From contig NW_026867467.1 of assembly GCF_020745735.1 (NCBI RefSeq), positions 1,406,200 to 1,470,199 of the forward strand: DNA of 64,000 bases. Direction: 5' to 3'. The notes under the pieces were generated by a model. That model made no database searches. It had not been told where the DNA came from and saw only the letters and a program-made list of their open reading frames with translations. The stretch comes from Hemiscyllium ocellatum. Its lineage: Eukaryota. Below are positions 25,546 through 39,288 of the stretch, one piece after another (position 1 is the stretch's first letter; every line of letters begins with the position of its first letter). The translations under genes and the position numbers were made by a program.

Positions 25546-25854
25546 CTTTCTCCTTGTGGATGGAGTCTCTCAGCGGAGTCGGTAGATTTTGATGGTTCAC
25601 CACACATTCAAAAGTAACACCACTCAGCCAGGCTTCAGTAGAAATGTCTAATTTGCTGATCACGCTGTCGGGATTCTGTCCAGGCTGGTCAGCAATCTCT
25701 GAGCTCAGAGGCTTCTTATCTTGTTTCCAGGTCACGCTGACTCCAGGAAGAAAATTGGACACAACGCAGGTTAACGTCACCGTCGCTTCCAGTAAGACTT
25801 GTTCGATTGGCGGTGGGAGGATTTTAACGGTGTGAGGGTGGCACTCGGTATCTT
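25546..25854 (-). CDS. IGHM: IgM Cmu3 exon ([32 protein letters not shown]...[22 protein letters not shown])
   Basis: 309 nt, TAG| acceptor, |GTGAGC donor, phase 1/1, C1-set motifs. Confidence 0.95.
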
Positions 25855-27832
25855 CTATGAAACAAAAATCAAAGTCAATGAAAAATGCCCCTTTATGATA
25901 CAAACACCTAATCTTCAGATTACTTCTTCACAGGGTGAAGACACCACCTTCGAAATGGCAACTCCAACCATTGCTGAAACAATGCTTACTCTTGTTGATG
26001 TATTTTGATTTGTGAAAGCATTTGTGATTACCTGTGACATACCCTGTGTAATTATTCCAAAAGAACACTGGCTTTGTAACAAGTGAAAGCTGTGAAAAAA
26101 GTAAAATCATCGAAGATACCATGATGTAACCCATGGAATTACCTTTCTTTCAGAGTTTGTCTCTCACTTAAGACCATCTATTGATACTTGTGACAAGAGT
26201 AATCTGAATATAATGAGTTCATTTCCATGTTCATAACCCTTAGGTGCAAGTGCTGCTGGTCACGCTGACTGCCAAATCACATCCCAAATTTTGGACAAAT
26301 TATAAGAAATAATAATTATTCTCTTTGCAGAGTTCTAAAGTGCTACAGGAGCAGTGAATATCCATGGAAATTCTGTTCATTATATTTAACGTGATCAAAA
26401 ATACTTTGCGTTATTGGTGTGATGTCATTCTCTAATTTATGTCATTGTTCCTCGTGGGCTGAGTTTGGAGTAGATCTGAAAACAAGGCACTGAGTACAGC
26501 ATTGGATATCGAGAAGGACACCCATCTCCTTAAGTCTTTCCCTCCATTCAGTTAGTTCATGACTGGTCTGTACTTTCACTTTATTTACCAAGCTGCATTT
26601 TTTAATTTCTTCATAGAGCAGGGGAAAAAAAAACAAACAAAAGTGTCTTAAATTAATCTACAAACGTGATGGAAATGTACACTAATTTTATAGACATCCA
26701 CTACCCACTGTGTAAACATCGCCACCCCAAACCAGGCTAAATCAGCCTGTCTCGAGTTCCTCGTTCATTCATCCCTATTGTAGCATTCTTACCAGAATTT
26801 ATTCTCCTGCCTCATCCACTAATTACAGAGAGCATCTTAAAGAGGCTCAGTGAGATCACGTTTATCCCAGTTCATCAAATGTGATACCCACTTGGTCTGT
26901 GGTCTGATCCCATAAATGAAATTAAAGAACTCAGTACCAGATAAAAATCGATGTCGTACAATGTCCAAGGCCAACAGGTCATTCCTGAGCAGGGAGTGAA
27001 GCATTGAACGCATTTTGATTTATTTTCAAGTTAGGGTCACTGCATATTTTAACCACGTCATTTTGAGACCACAACATCATAAGATAGAGGATCAGAATAA
27101 GGCTGTTCGGCCAATCCAGAGTTTAGATCAGAATGATGCTGGAAAAGCACAGCAGGTCAGGCAGCATCCGACGAGCAGGAAAATCGACATTTGGGCTAAA
27201 GCCATTCTATGGTCTTCTCCCCACAATAAACAAGAACCGATCCATCTCTGGCTTGAATATACACAATGGCCTGGTCTCCACAGCCCTCTGCAGCAACAAG
27301 TTCCACAGATTCATCACCCTCTGGCTGAAGAAATTCCTCCCCATCTCAGTTCTAAACAGTGCCCCTTTGACCCTGAGACTGTGCCCTTGGATCCTAGTCT
27401 CGCCTACCAGTCAAAACATCTATTTACATTCACTCGACCTCAGTCTCTCAGTATTTTCTATGTTTCAATTAGATATCTCTCCAATATCCCCCCTCCACCC
27501 CCAAACTTATCCTTGAAGCCACTACCAGGCAAGGATTCATCACTCTGAATGCCTCTCCCAGCATGGTCAGGCAACAAACTATTTAACAAACTATTTAACA
27601 AAGCTCACTGTCTATATATCTACCTTCAACAGAGAGGAAACATGCTTTTCTGACTTGCCAAAATGTTGAATTATGAGCAATGCTAATGTAACATTCAAAC
27701 TGAAATGAGATACGTGACATGCTGGGAAATGAGAAGCTGTACCGTGCTGTTTACTACGCCTGATAAATTAGTGTGTTTGATTCACATCAGAGTTCAGAGT
27801 GATTTGTAGCTCTCCCAGTATGTGTCTCTTAC

Positions 27833-28144
27833 CCTGGAGTGCGGTGATGTTTTTACTTTGAATGTTCTCTTCGTGAGTGACCTGGCAGGTATAGACTGCG
27901 CTGTTGTACCATTCACCATAAGGGACCATCAGCCGACTCGTCACCGAGAAGTTCCCGTTCGCCTCACACACGGGAGACGTGAAGAAGCCAGAATCCAAGC
28001 GTCGGCCATTTTTCAACCAAGTCACGTTGATTGCCTTCGGATGGAAATCGATGATTGAACAAACGACAGTTGCAAACTTGCTGCTTGCGATTTCTTCACT
28101 GGAGCTCACAGTTAGGAGAAGAGTTGGTGGGAGAGGACCTGTAC
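27833..28144 (-). CDS. IGHM: IgM Cmu2 exon ([43 protein letters not shown]...YTCQVTH...ITALQ)
   Basis: 312 nt, AAG| acceptor, |GTAAGA donor, phase 1/1, C1-set motifs; matches ORF 27768..28157. Confidence 0.95.
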
Positions 28145-28389
28145 CTTTAGGAAACACATCGCATAAATTATCTGATGAATTTCATAACAAATACAATCAG
28201 TTCTCATATATCAAGGTTTCTTGTGATTAATGGATACAAGAATCATAATTGTGCAGAGTGCTGGAGAAGCTGGGATCCACACAGAAAGATCATCAGGACA
28301 ATGTGAAAGGCTAAAATTATAGGACACAGCAAGGGAGTCAAGGAGGCATAGAAACTATAGGCCAGTAACATCAGAAGGAAGATAGCAAC

Positions 28390-31165
28390 ATTGGATGGTA
28401 TTCGTTTTAATGACAGAGTCTGATGATCAAGGCAGATGAATTACCGGCATAAATGAGGAAATGATGCTGTTGCTATCACGGAGACATATTGAGAGCGGGG
28501 CAGGAGTGGCTATTCAATTTTCCAGGATTTAGTGCCTTCAGGCGAGACAGGGAAAGATGGAAAAGGATGGGGGCAGGGGTTTGCGGCACGGAATGTTGCT
28601 TCTGTCACAATTCTGACAAGAGTATTTTAGGCTGTAAAGAGAAATGAAATCATAGATACCTCCTCGAACAAAGGCAAATGGACAGTACTTCAAAACCAAA
28701 ATACAGCAAACATAACTACTGGGAGAGCACGATAGGCCTTACTATAGGTCCAAAAGACCAAGTGCAAATACATGGATAAATTTCAGAGATATGTAAATTA
28801 AATAGGGGAATGAGAAGAGAGGTTTTTAACTTCCTCAGCATAGGCTTGGATATTCATTTTGTCCAACGTTTAGAGGGAGCACAATTCTGAAAATGCCCCC
28901 AGGAGAATATTTAAACAAAGTATGTGTTAATACAGAGAATTTTAATCCAGACCTTGCAAGAGAGGGGTGAACCTGAACTTAACTTTTGGGAATGAAGTCG
29001 ACCCAGTGGGTAAAACATCAATGGTGGTGCACTTTGCAGACAGTGATCGTAAATCAGTTGGATTTCAGATTGTACTGCAAAGGAATAGAAATTGGCCCAA
29101 AGTTCTGAAAAGGGGAAGGACAATTTTAGTAAGATCAGGTAATGACTTAACCAGAGTGGACTGGAAGCTGACACTTATTGGTAAATCTGAGTCAGAGCAG
29201 TGTGAAACATTTAAGAAAGAGACAGGAAAATCATAGGGAGGACATTTCTCAGGAAGCCACTGAATGGGACCAAGAATGTAACGTGCTCTGGATACCAAAG
29301 GGCATGGAGGGTGAGATAAGGAGAAACAAGGGAGGCTTCCTGTCTATACTGAAATCTCAAAACAATAGAAATTAGTATGGAGTACAGAACGCGCAAGGGG
29401 GAGTTTGAAAGACAAAGGAATTAGAAGAGCAAAAGGGACCATGAGAAAATAATAGGAGTCAAAATAAAGGAAAATATTTTTAAAAGTTACAGGCTCATTC
29501 ATAATAAAAGAATTATTCGGGAAACAGTAATGCCCATTAAGTGTTATTATTGGAGTGGAGCCGGAGGATTAGGTTGTGGTCAAAACGAATGTGTTGTGTC
29601 AGTGTTCACTAGTAAGAGGGACAATGTGGGGACAGAAATCATGGAGGAGTGTTGTGATGTACTTTCAGAAATTAGGGCACATGACGTGATGTTCTGTGTT
29701 GTCTTGCTAAATGAAAAGTGGTTATATTTCCAGGGCAGATGAAAAGTATACCAAGCGGTTGAGCGATGCAAGGGATGAAATAGTTGGGTCGCTAACAATA
29801 ATTTAGAATTACTGTCTGGCCACAGCAGTTGTGCCAAGTGAGTGTAGATCAGCCAACGTTGCACTGTTACGCAGGACAAAGGAAGGGATAAATAATGAAA
29901 ACACAGATCTGTCAGGCTAGTCTCAGTGGTAGGGAAACTATTGAAAAGTGAAATTAGTCTTCATTTGGAAGATAAATCAACAATTTTCAGCATAGTTTTA
30001 TTGAGAGAAAGTCATGTGTAACAATTTGATAGTAGTTTTCAGAGAGATAACTCGATGTCCAGATGATAGCAATAATCAGAGCCAATGGGATCCGAGTTAA
30101 TTTGACAGATTGGATCGAGAACTGGCTGAGTGATGGGAGCAGGGGATAATAGTCATCGGGTGTCTGGGTGACTGGGAATCTATGTCTCCTGGTGTTCTGT
30201 AGGGATTGGGGTTGATTTCCACGTTATTTCTCTTACATACCAATGATTGAGACTCAAATTTAGGAGGATTAACCAGTGAATTCACAGATGAAATGAAAAC
30301 TGTCATGTTGGTAAGTCATGAGCATTATGGCTTTAGATTGTAGGAGGATATAAAAGGGTTGGTTGTATGTGAAGAGAAGTTGCAAATGGAAATTATTCTG
30401 GATAAATGTAAGGTAATGTAATTCGGCAGAAGAATCTGTGAGGTATGACATTTTGAATGGTGGAACCCTGGAAAGGCCTGAGGATCTTTGGTGCATGTAC
30501 CCACCGATCCCCTATAGTACTGTGTCGTCTGGATAAAGAGACTAAGGAGGTGGGAGGATATTTGCTTTTATTAGCCTAGACATTGACAATGAAGAATCGG
30601 GAGATGATACTGGAACTTGATAGAACACTGGTTAGGCCATACTGAAGCGTTGTGTGCATGTTATCGAAAGAATGTGATTACACTGAAGGCATTATTGATG
30701 AGATTTGCCAGGATCTTGCCTGGGTTGGAGGGTTTTAGTTATGAAACTAGATGAGATAGACAGGGGTTTTCCTTGGAGCAGAGGAGAATTAGGGAGAAGA
30801 TTATCATGATGTCTAGAATTATTTTAGGCATAGACTGGGTAAACTGGATGAAACCTTTCCCCTTGATGGAGAGATCAATGCCTCAGGGGCACAGGGTGAA
30901 GGTAAGGCCAGGAGGTTCCAAGTGGATCTCAGGGGAAAACAAAATCAAACAGAGGGTGGTGTTAGCCTGGAGCTCAGCACCTATAAGTCATGTAGAGACT
31001 GAGCCCCTCATAATAAGTATGAAGTATTGAGATGCATCCTTGCAAGGGCAAGTCACACAAGGCAATGGATCATGTGCTGGCACATGAGACTGGAATAGTT
31101 AGGTGGCTGTTATTGATAGGCGTAAACTGGATGGATCAAAGGGCCTTTTTCCTGTACTGTATAAG
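28390..31165 (+). mobile_element. Old, heavily decayed CR1-type LINE ORF2 in the Cmu1-Cmu2 intron
   Basis: Residual APE and RT-like segments and a CR1-like 3' end, antisense to IgM. Confidence 0.7.
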
Positions 31166-31250
31166 GTGATTCTGTGAAAATGGTTATAAATAATGCCTTA
31201 TTCATATTAATGCCAGATGCTCTGTTTATCTCAGTTCCCACAATACGTAC

Positions 31251-31556
31251 CACATGGCATTTCTTTGCTCTTGTGTGACCCGCTGTGTTGAACCTCACAG
31301 TAGATTTTGCTGGGGCAATCTACCGCTGACCCGGGCAGGGTTAACTGGCTGCTCAGGGTGTAGGTTCCCTTCTTGTTTCTCACTGATGGGTAAGTCTTCA
31401 ATCCACCATTCGTGATTAGCACCCCACCTTTCTTCCAGGTTACCTTGGTGACGTCTGGGGAATAGTCCATCACCAAACAACCAAAGATTGTCGAACCGGT
31501 GCTGTGCTCCTCACAGGAGGAGACCAGGCCATAAAGCGTGGGGGGAGATGGTGTCT
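31251..31556 (-). CDS. IGHM: IgM Cmu1 exon ([18 protein letters not shown]...[17 protein letters not shown]...[18 protein letters not shown])
   Basis: 306 nt, TAG| acceptor, |GTACGT donor, phase 1/1, C1-set Cys-Trp-Cys pattern, typical shark Cmu1 N-terminus. Confidence 0.95.
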
Positions 31557-31889
31557 CTACAATAGAATGACCAATTGAGCATGTTAGTTTCTGTTAATTT
31601 GACCTTATCAGTTACTCAAATGTATCCTCAGCTGTAACCGTTTGCCAGTATGCTCCCGCTGAAGTCTGCAGCATAACTGGAGTTTATTTTTGTTTCCTAC
31701 CAGTTGCTGATCATGATCATTGGTTCCCTCTTGAGAAACATGCCCTCGACCTTGACCATTGCCATATAATTTAGGAAGAAGAACATCCTGATCCCACCCC
31801 AGTAACTGTTTGAAGATCTCACCAATTGACACTTTCATTGGATTGCTGTGAAGAGCAGAGAAGTTTCACAAAATACAAACCAAGGAAAT

Positions 31890-32218
31890 GCAGATTCATC
31901 GAAATTCTACAGTGTGTGCAATTAGGCCATTTGGCCCAACAAGTCCACACCCACCCTCTGAAAAGAAACGCATCCAGACCCATTCCTCTACCCTATTATG
32001 CTACGGTTAACCCTGACTAATGCATCTAACCTCCCAATCACTGAACACAACATTTGCAATTTCCCCAGCTTGTACAGATTTGGACTGTGGGAGGAAATGC
32101 ACACAGATATGGGGAGAAAGTGCCAACTCCACACAGACAGTCACCCGAGGCTGGAATGGAGCCAGAGTCCCTAGCACTGTGAGGCAGCAGCGCTAACCAT
32201 GGAACCAGCGTGCCGCCC
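31890..32218 (-). mobile_element. tRNA-derived SINE
   Basis: Same family as 3025-3338. Confidence 0.8.
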
Positions 32219-32284
32219 CACTAGGTACCGTGCTGCTGGAAATACCCAACAGCTGGCAGTACCCCCGGAGAGAAATCAGAGTGA

Positions 32285-32600
32285 ATCATAGAACATAGAA
32301 CATCACAGTGCAGTGCAGGCCCTTCGGCCCTCGATGTTGCGCTGCCCTGACATACTAATATGAAGCCCATCCCACCTACACTATTCCATGTACATGCATA
32401 GGCCTGTCCAATGACAACTTAAATGTACTTAAACTTGGCGAATCTACCACCATTGCAGGCAAAGCACTCCATACCCTTACTACTCAATGAGTAAAGAAAC
32501 TACCTCTGCTATCTGTCTTATACCTATCTCTCCTCACTTTAAAGTTGTGTCCCCTCGTGTTTGCCATCCCCATACTTGGAAATCAGGTCCAGTGAGCCTT
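32285..32600 (-). mobile_element. CR1-type LINE 3' fragment
   Basis: CATAGAACATAGAA tail and reverse-complement 3' UTR. Confidence 0.8.
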
Positions 32601-33049
32601 CCTCACTTATCAATGCAAGACAGAATGTTCTCTCTGGGAGGAAGGTCACTGCAGCAGCAGCAGCACAGGCAGGAGCTGTGCACTGGGACGGGGAGGATGG
32701 CTGCCACGGCTGAACTCAGGCCAATTGTCTGGAAGTTGAAACATCTAATTTACAATGATCTGAATTCTGGAGGCCTCTGAAAAATGGAGGACCATTAAAG
32801 TTCAGAGACTTTGGAGTGTTACAGCTGAGTATTTATGTAAATATGATTTGAGAAATGAACAAGTAATCTTTAACTTTAATAACTATCAAACTGATACGCA
32901 GTTCACCACCAAACCTCATCTCTCAGACTAACCACTGCACTTACTCTGCCTAGACCTAAATTTCCACTCACATTGACAAACCCCACCCTGCTATACACCC
33001 ATTCATGCCCGGAACACACAACCCCCTATCACACAAAACACATCCAAGG

Positions 33050-33725
33050 CAATCCATATTGACAGTGTAGCTGAGCAGAGAGATCTCGGTGCCCATGTAC
33101 ACAGATCCCTAAAAGTTGCCAGCCAGTTTGATAGAGTTGTTAAGAAGGCATACTTTGTGCTGGCTTTCATCGATAGAGGGACTGAGTTTCAGAACCACTA
33201 GGTAAGGTTGCAGCTGTACAAAACTCTGGTGTGGCTGCACTTGGAGTATTGTGTACTGTTCTGGTCGCCACATTATAGAGAGAATGTGGAAGCTTTGGAA
33301 GAGTTCAGAGGAGGTTTACCAGGATGTTGTTTGGTATGGCGGGAAGGTTTAATGAGGAAAGGATGAGGGTCTTGAGGCTGTTTTTGTTTGAGAGAAGAAG
33401 GTTGACTTAATTGAGACATAAAAGATAAACAGAGGGTGGACAGTGAAAGTCTTTTTCCTTGAATAGTGATGGCTAGCAGGAGAGGACATAGATGACAGAT
33501 GTCAGAGGTTGTTTCTTAACTCAGAGAGTGGTAGGGGCATGGAACGCACTGCCTGCAACAATAGTACACTCGCCCACTTTAAGGGCATTTAAAAGGTCAT
33601 TGGATAAACATATGGATGAAAATGGAATAGTGTAGGATAGATAGGCTTCAGATTTTTACACTGACCTGTGGAATCATCGAGGGCTGAAGGGCCTGTACTG
33701 CACAGTAATGTTCTATATTCTATAT
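33050..33725 (+). mobile_element. CR1-type LINE 3' fragment
   Basis: ORF2 C-terminal similarity and tail. Confidence 0.85.
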
Positions 33726-34344
33726 TCCAGATGGACATATGATCTCAATTCCTTTCAGTCATTTACACTCCTGCCGCCCTGTACCTGGTCCATGGTGAAC
33801 CTGGCCCTGACTGGACCTGACACCATCATTTCCACAACCTCTGACAAAAGCCCACTACCCAAGACATGACCTCAGCCCTTGATCACTGACCTCTCACCTT
33901 ACCCAAGACAACCTGTGCACAGTGCATCCTAGCTCCTTTGGCATCTGTGCTTTACAACCTACCATTTTGCCAGACTCTGAGCTTTGTATTTTGACAACAC
34001 GTCCACCTGTCACTTCATTACAGTGACCTTCCACCCCCTGAAACATCCTGGCACCCTGCCCATCTCTACACTAACCAGCCTGGCATCCTGCCCACCTCTC
34101 CATAAACCAGCCTGGCAAAGACAGACCTCCTGCATTTCAGCTCAAACTACCCCTCACCTACCAAGCACAATTCGACCAAATTATCCTGTGACCATTACCA
34201 TTTCCCTTGATGCCACCTTGCCAGACAGAGTGCACGCAAGCTTACCCAGCAGCCAGCCTACCAGCCCAAACTTTCCCACATGCCCAATCTAGCCCCTCAC
34301 TTGCTCACCACCTTCCAACTTTGAGCCTATCCACCATAAAGTCA

Positions 34345-34660
34345 GTGAGACATAAAGTCGTACAGCACCGAAACAGTTCCCTTGGTCCAGCCCATCCATG
34401 CTGACCAGAGTTCCCAAATTAAACTCATTCCACTTGCCTGCCTTTGGCCCATATCCATCCAGACCTATCCAGTTCCTGTAGCTGTTCAAATGGCTTCTCA
34501 ATGTGGGACCTAGCTCTGCATTTACCACTTCCTCTGGCAGTTCATTCCAATGTTTTGGACAATTACAACATGAAGCCCTAACTCCTGCACTCAGTGCTCT
34601 GACCAATGAAGGTATGTGCGCCAAACACCTTCAACACACTAGGTACTTGAGACAACGCTT
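34345..34660 (-). mobile_element. CR1-type LINE 3' fragment
   Basis: WNELPEEVV motif on the minus strand, 3' UTR. Confidence 0.75.
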
Positions 34661-35218
34661 TCAAGAATCTATGAGTCTTGAATCTATGAATTTCTGTGGT
34701 GGAGAATTCCAAACGAATTCACCATTCTTGTGTTGAACAGTAAACAATCAGGTTCAATGTTATCAGTGTGTTGGGAAGATTGATGAGCAGCAAGATTAAT
34801 GATGATCCCATGAATGGAATAGCCTTCTAGAGAGGCCGAGATGCCTTCTTCAGCTTCCATTTTGCATGCTGACATGTCCGTTCGGCAGCATATTCCAAAA
34901 TTGTGATCCTTGAGGATAAGGGCACACATGCATGTGAAGCTTTCCTCCATATCAGACTTCAACTTAACTCTCAACTATTTCCCTGCCCGTTTCCTCTTCC
35001 TCAATCACAGCCATGGGACTTACTTCCAAACAGCGCTGTGAATATGCTAATACCACACAAACATCAGCAATTCAAATAGACTGATGACAACTTGTTTCTC
35101 AAGGCGATATAAAAAGTCTGACACTTCCACACCTGTCTCGAGATTCAAACAACCACTAGAAGAATTGAAAATTATTTGAGGCACTTGTGTGTCTACACAA
35201 GATGACATGATTTCCTTT

Positions 35219-35396
35219 TTTTAAAAATCACACAACACCAAGAAAACTAGCTTTCGGAGTGACGCTCCACTATCACCTGATAAAGGAGCGTCACTCCAAA
35301 AGCTAGTGTGCTTCCAATTAAACCTGTTGGACTATAACCTGGGGTTGTGTGATTTTTAACTTTGTACACCCCAGTCCAACACCAGCATCTCCAAAT
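35219..35396. mobile_element. Short fold-back Penelope-type insertion, second hammerhead family (AGCT stem III)
   Basis: Head-to-head GGAGCGTCACTCC(G/A)AAAGCTAG copies; TSD CATG(A/G)TTTCCTTT at 35206-35218 and 35397-35409. Confidence 0.7.
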
Positions 35397-35495
35397 CATG
35401 GTTTCCTTTTGAGTGATTTGACTGTGTTTTCACTGAATGAACAGAGCTATTTCTTAATCATATAATAGGAATGAAGCTTCCCTCATTTTTAGCAA

Positions 35496-35696
35496 CTGCT
35501 GAAAATGTATTGCTGGAAAAGCGCAGCAGGTCAGGCAGCATCCAAGGAGCAGGCAGCATCCAAGGAGCCCTTCCTGAAGAAGGGCTCATGCCCGAAACGT
35601 CGATTCTCCTGCTCCTTGGATGCTGCCTGACCTGCTGTGCTTTTCCAGCAACACATTTTCAGCTCTGATCTCCAGCATCTGCAGTCCTCACTTTCT
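35496..35696 (+). mobile_element. Short fold-back Penelope-derived insertion with intact hammerhead core (35571-35605)
   Basis: 15-bp TSD CCTCATTTTTAGCAA; ~50-bp inverted arms; CTGAAGA-A-GGGC-TCAT-GCCC-GAA-ACGT-C. Confidence 0.85.
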
Positions 35697-38413
35697 CCTC
35701 ATTTTTAGCAAGGCAATCACACATTATATTTCTTGATTCCAGGGAAGTATAGTGTTAAATTAATGAAATATGATGATTGGGATGTTTCAATTGGAAATTG
35801 TCAGATATTTAAAGTTTACTTTCATGAGCAATTAATCCCAACCTCATTGTGTCACAGTACTCACAGGAATGTCTTTCAGAAATGGTGTCTCCCTTTGTTA
35901 TGGGCAGTCAAATCAGTAAATCTGGGATAGCTTTTGCTTGTTAAACAAAGGTGTTAAAGAGCTTTAGCCAAAGGGAGATCTGTGGATTGAGCTCACAGAT
36001 GCACCATGATCTAAGTAAGTGGGGGAACAACTAGAGGGGCTGAGTGCCCTCCTCTTGTTCCTACCTTCCTATCATTGTGTCATTCATTAAGCTAGCACTG
36101 GCCGTGAATACTTTTGATTAAAATATTTCGATAAATTAATTGTTTCACACATGCTTTAAAAAAAACTTCTGTTGATTATTTTGAACGGGATCACTGACAT
36201 TCTCTATTTGAGTGATCAAAATAACTTCCACCCAATTACAGCAGCCACTGCACTCTGCAGTGTGTTGTTACTTCATAATAGTTTCTTGTGAAACTACAGC
36301 TCGAGATCAGGGCACTCAAATTCAATAATATCTCTGAACATTTGCAATTTGTTCAAATGCATCCTTTCTCTGAAGAACGTGTTTAATCGAACAGAACGTT
36401 TTTCAATGAAACAACAAACTTTAAATGCTAGAAAACCAAAATAAAGACAGAAACGTCTGAAGAAACTCAGCAGGTCTAGCAGCTCCTGTGGAGAGAAGGC
36501 AAGGTTAACCTTTCCCATCCAGAGACCCCCTCTTCACCAAATTGTTTTCATGTTTTTGGCACAAGAGCTCACACCCGTTGAGATAAACAGTGATTCCGTT
36601 GGCTTGACTCCTGTTGAAAAAAGGATTCTTAGCAGAGGTACTGGATGGTCTGAGATAGCAATGGAAGACCAACTGAAAAGCTATCACCATCTGCTGCAAG
36701 TGTTGGATTCAACGGAAACCCCCACAGTACTGAACAATCAAATTCAGCTACAGCACTGGTTTAATATAAAGTAAAACAGCCTAAGCAAAATCTCATCAAA
36801 TATACTTTGAAAATGTTTCATTCGGGATTATTTATAAATGATATTGTTAGGACAGCAAGTCAAAAGCTGGGATTTCTTTGAGCACTTACTCCATTAACCC
36901 CATCTAGCGATGCCCAAAAGCTTGTGAACAAATATTGATCTGGAAAAAGCTGCTAACCACCAAAATTCTGTTTAATGTCTAAGAGACACAAGTCAGGACA
37001 GCGATTGAATAGATTTCAGTGGCCTCTGTGAGTGGAATTCCAACAAACACCCAAACATCTCAATCTGCTTTCTTGTACTGAAGTAACCTGATAAGAGATG
37101 GTGTTACATACCTCTCTAATAGGTTGTAAGTGAACACAGGCCACCTGGCACAGAATCAGGGACCCTACCACAACATCACAACAGACCTGAACACAATGAG
37201 CTCGACACTATCACGGAGAACACAGCTCACCTGTTTTGACAGTTTATAAACCATGTTAGTTATTAACACCTTCCAACAACCAGGGATTGTTCCAGAATGT
37301 TTGTACAATGAAAGTAACATTTCAACATTTATCCAAGAATACTTTGACAGCTGCTCCAAATTGTTCAAACTCAATGGGAACTACAGAGCAATAAAACTAG
37401 GAATTGCATTGCCATCAATTCACTGTCACTAGATTCCAACCTCGAACTCCCTTCCTCTTTCCCCTGTGAATGTTGCTGCACCAGACGGTCTACTTAGTTT
37501 GAAAAAGATTAAAATATTTTGAAGTGTAATAAGACCATCGCCAGTAACATTAAAAGCTGATAATAAGTTTTCAAATAATAAGATGCAAAAAAAATTCTGA
37601 TTTTACATTGTGCCATGAAACATCTCCTGCATAACTGAGGCACAAAGAAAATATGCAGCATATTTCCCTCTGCCTCGCTCAATCAAATATCTCTTGTTGT
37701 CAACAACCAATTTCAAAACTCTTGCTATCTGCCTTTTGTTCCTGAAACGTTCGTTCTGATTGGAACAACTTAGTCAGGGCTCTCAATTCTGAGGCACCTA
37801 ATCAAATATTGTATTTCTGGCAGATAAAAGTGGTTTTGAAGCGCGAGATAAAATTGAACTGTCTGAGATTCAGGTATCCGAACTGGACAATTTATAAATG
37901 GTCAGGACCGTGGACAAGTTAGTCAGAGATAACACTGAAACAAACTGTACAACAGACTTAATCCCAGAGGATACATTGCTCAACTCCTCACGTCAAATAT
38001 ATTCACTGTAATTGAATATTCATCAGAGGAACTAACCAGTGGATTAATGTGAACGAGAATGTGTTCACAATGAACATAAATAACCACTGAGTTCATAAAC
38101 TTAATAAGTCATTGTATTTAACAAAATTATTGAGGTGGGAAATATCGCCAATTAAAGCACAGATCTGGAGGAAATGGATTATTCTCTAAATTATTTTTAC
38201 ATATTCTTAAAACGTTCCTCGAATTGTGGAGATTTTGCATGCACTGCATAAATAATACTGCATTCCAGTGTGGAAAGCATTTCTGTTGAAGGAATTAGGG
38301 CAAGGTTATTTTCTTGTTAACTGCTTGTAATGAACTAAAATGTTGAAAAAGGTATGAATTGAAAACATGCTTCTGTCTGGAGTTGCCCACTTTAACGGAT
38401 GTCTAAGTAAATG

Positions 38414-38705
38414 TGGGCACTGCTGCCTCACAGATCCAGGTACCCAGGCTCGGTTCCAGCCTCGGGTGACGGCCTATGTGGAGTTTACACAATCTCCCCT
38501 GTGTCTGTGTGGATTTCCTCCCAAAATCCAAAGATGTGCAAGTCAGGTGAACTGGTCATGCTATATTGTCTATAGTGTTAGGTGCATCAGTCAGGGGTAA
38601 ATATAGGGTAGGGGAATGGGTCTGGATGGGTTCCTCTTCAGAGGGTCGGTGTGGACTTGTTGGGCCAAATGGCCTGATACATACTGCAGGAAATCTAATC
38701 TAAAT
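38414..38705 (+). mobile_element. tRNA-derived SINE
   Basis: Same family as 3025-3338, opposite orientation. Confidence 0.8.
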
Positions 38706-38944
38706 GATTGTTACACTGAACTAAAGTGAGCAGATTCCTTCAGATCGCTACATTGCAATAAATCGATCAAGTATATTAATTAAAATAAATATTACTCTAT
38801 TTTCAGTGTTTGAATAAACAATGTGCTCTGTTATCCTCTAGTTCATGTCTTCTGCAAATTTGTGAACTCTGCATACGCCTGAACACATCGATGTAAAATG
38901 AATTTTCTGCGTTTGCAGCAAGTACTCCCATGGTTTTAAGAGGA

Positions 38945-39288
38945 GAGTTCCTACAGTATGGAAACAGGCCATTTGGCCCAACAATTCCACACTGACCCTC
39001 TGAACAGTAAGTAGCCCACCCAGACCCATTCCCCCTAATTTATATTTGTCCTTGACTAATGCACCCTAACCTAGACATCCCTGAACACTAGGGCTGTGCT
39101 AAACTGCACAATCACCTGACCTGCACATCTTTTGGACTGTGGTAGGAAACCACAGCGCCCGAAGGAAACCCACACAGACACAGGGAGAATGTGCAAACTC
39201 CACACAGGCAGTCACCCGAGGGTGGAATCAAATTTGGGACCCTGGCGCTGTGAGGCAGCAATGCCAATCACTGAGCCACCATGCTGCC
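38945..39288 (-). mobile_element. tRNA-derived SINE
   Basis: Same family as 3025-3338. Confidence 0.85.
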
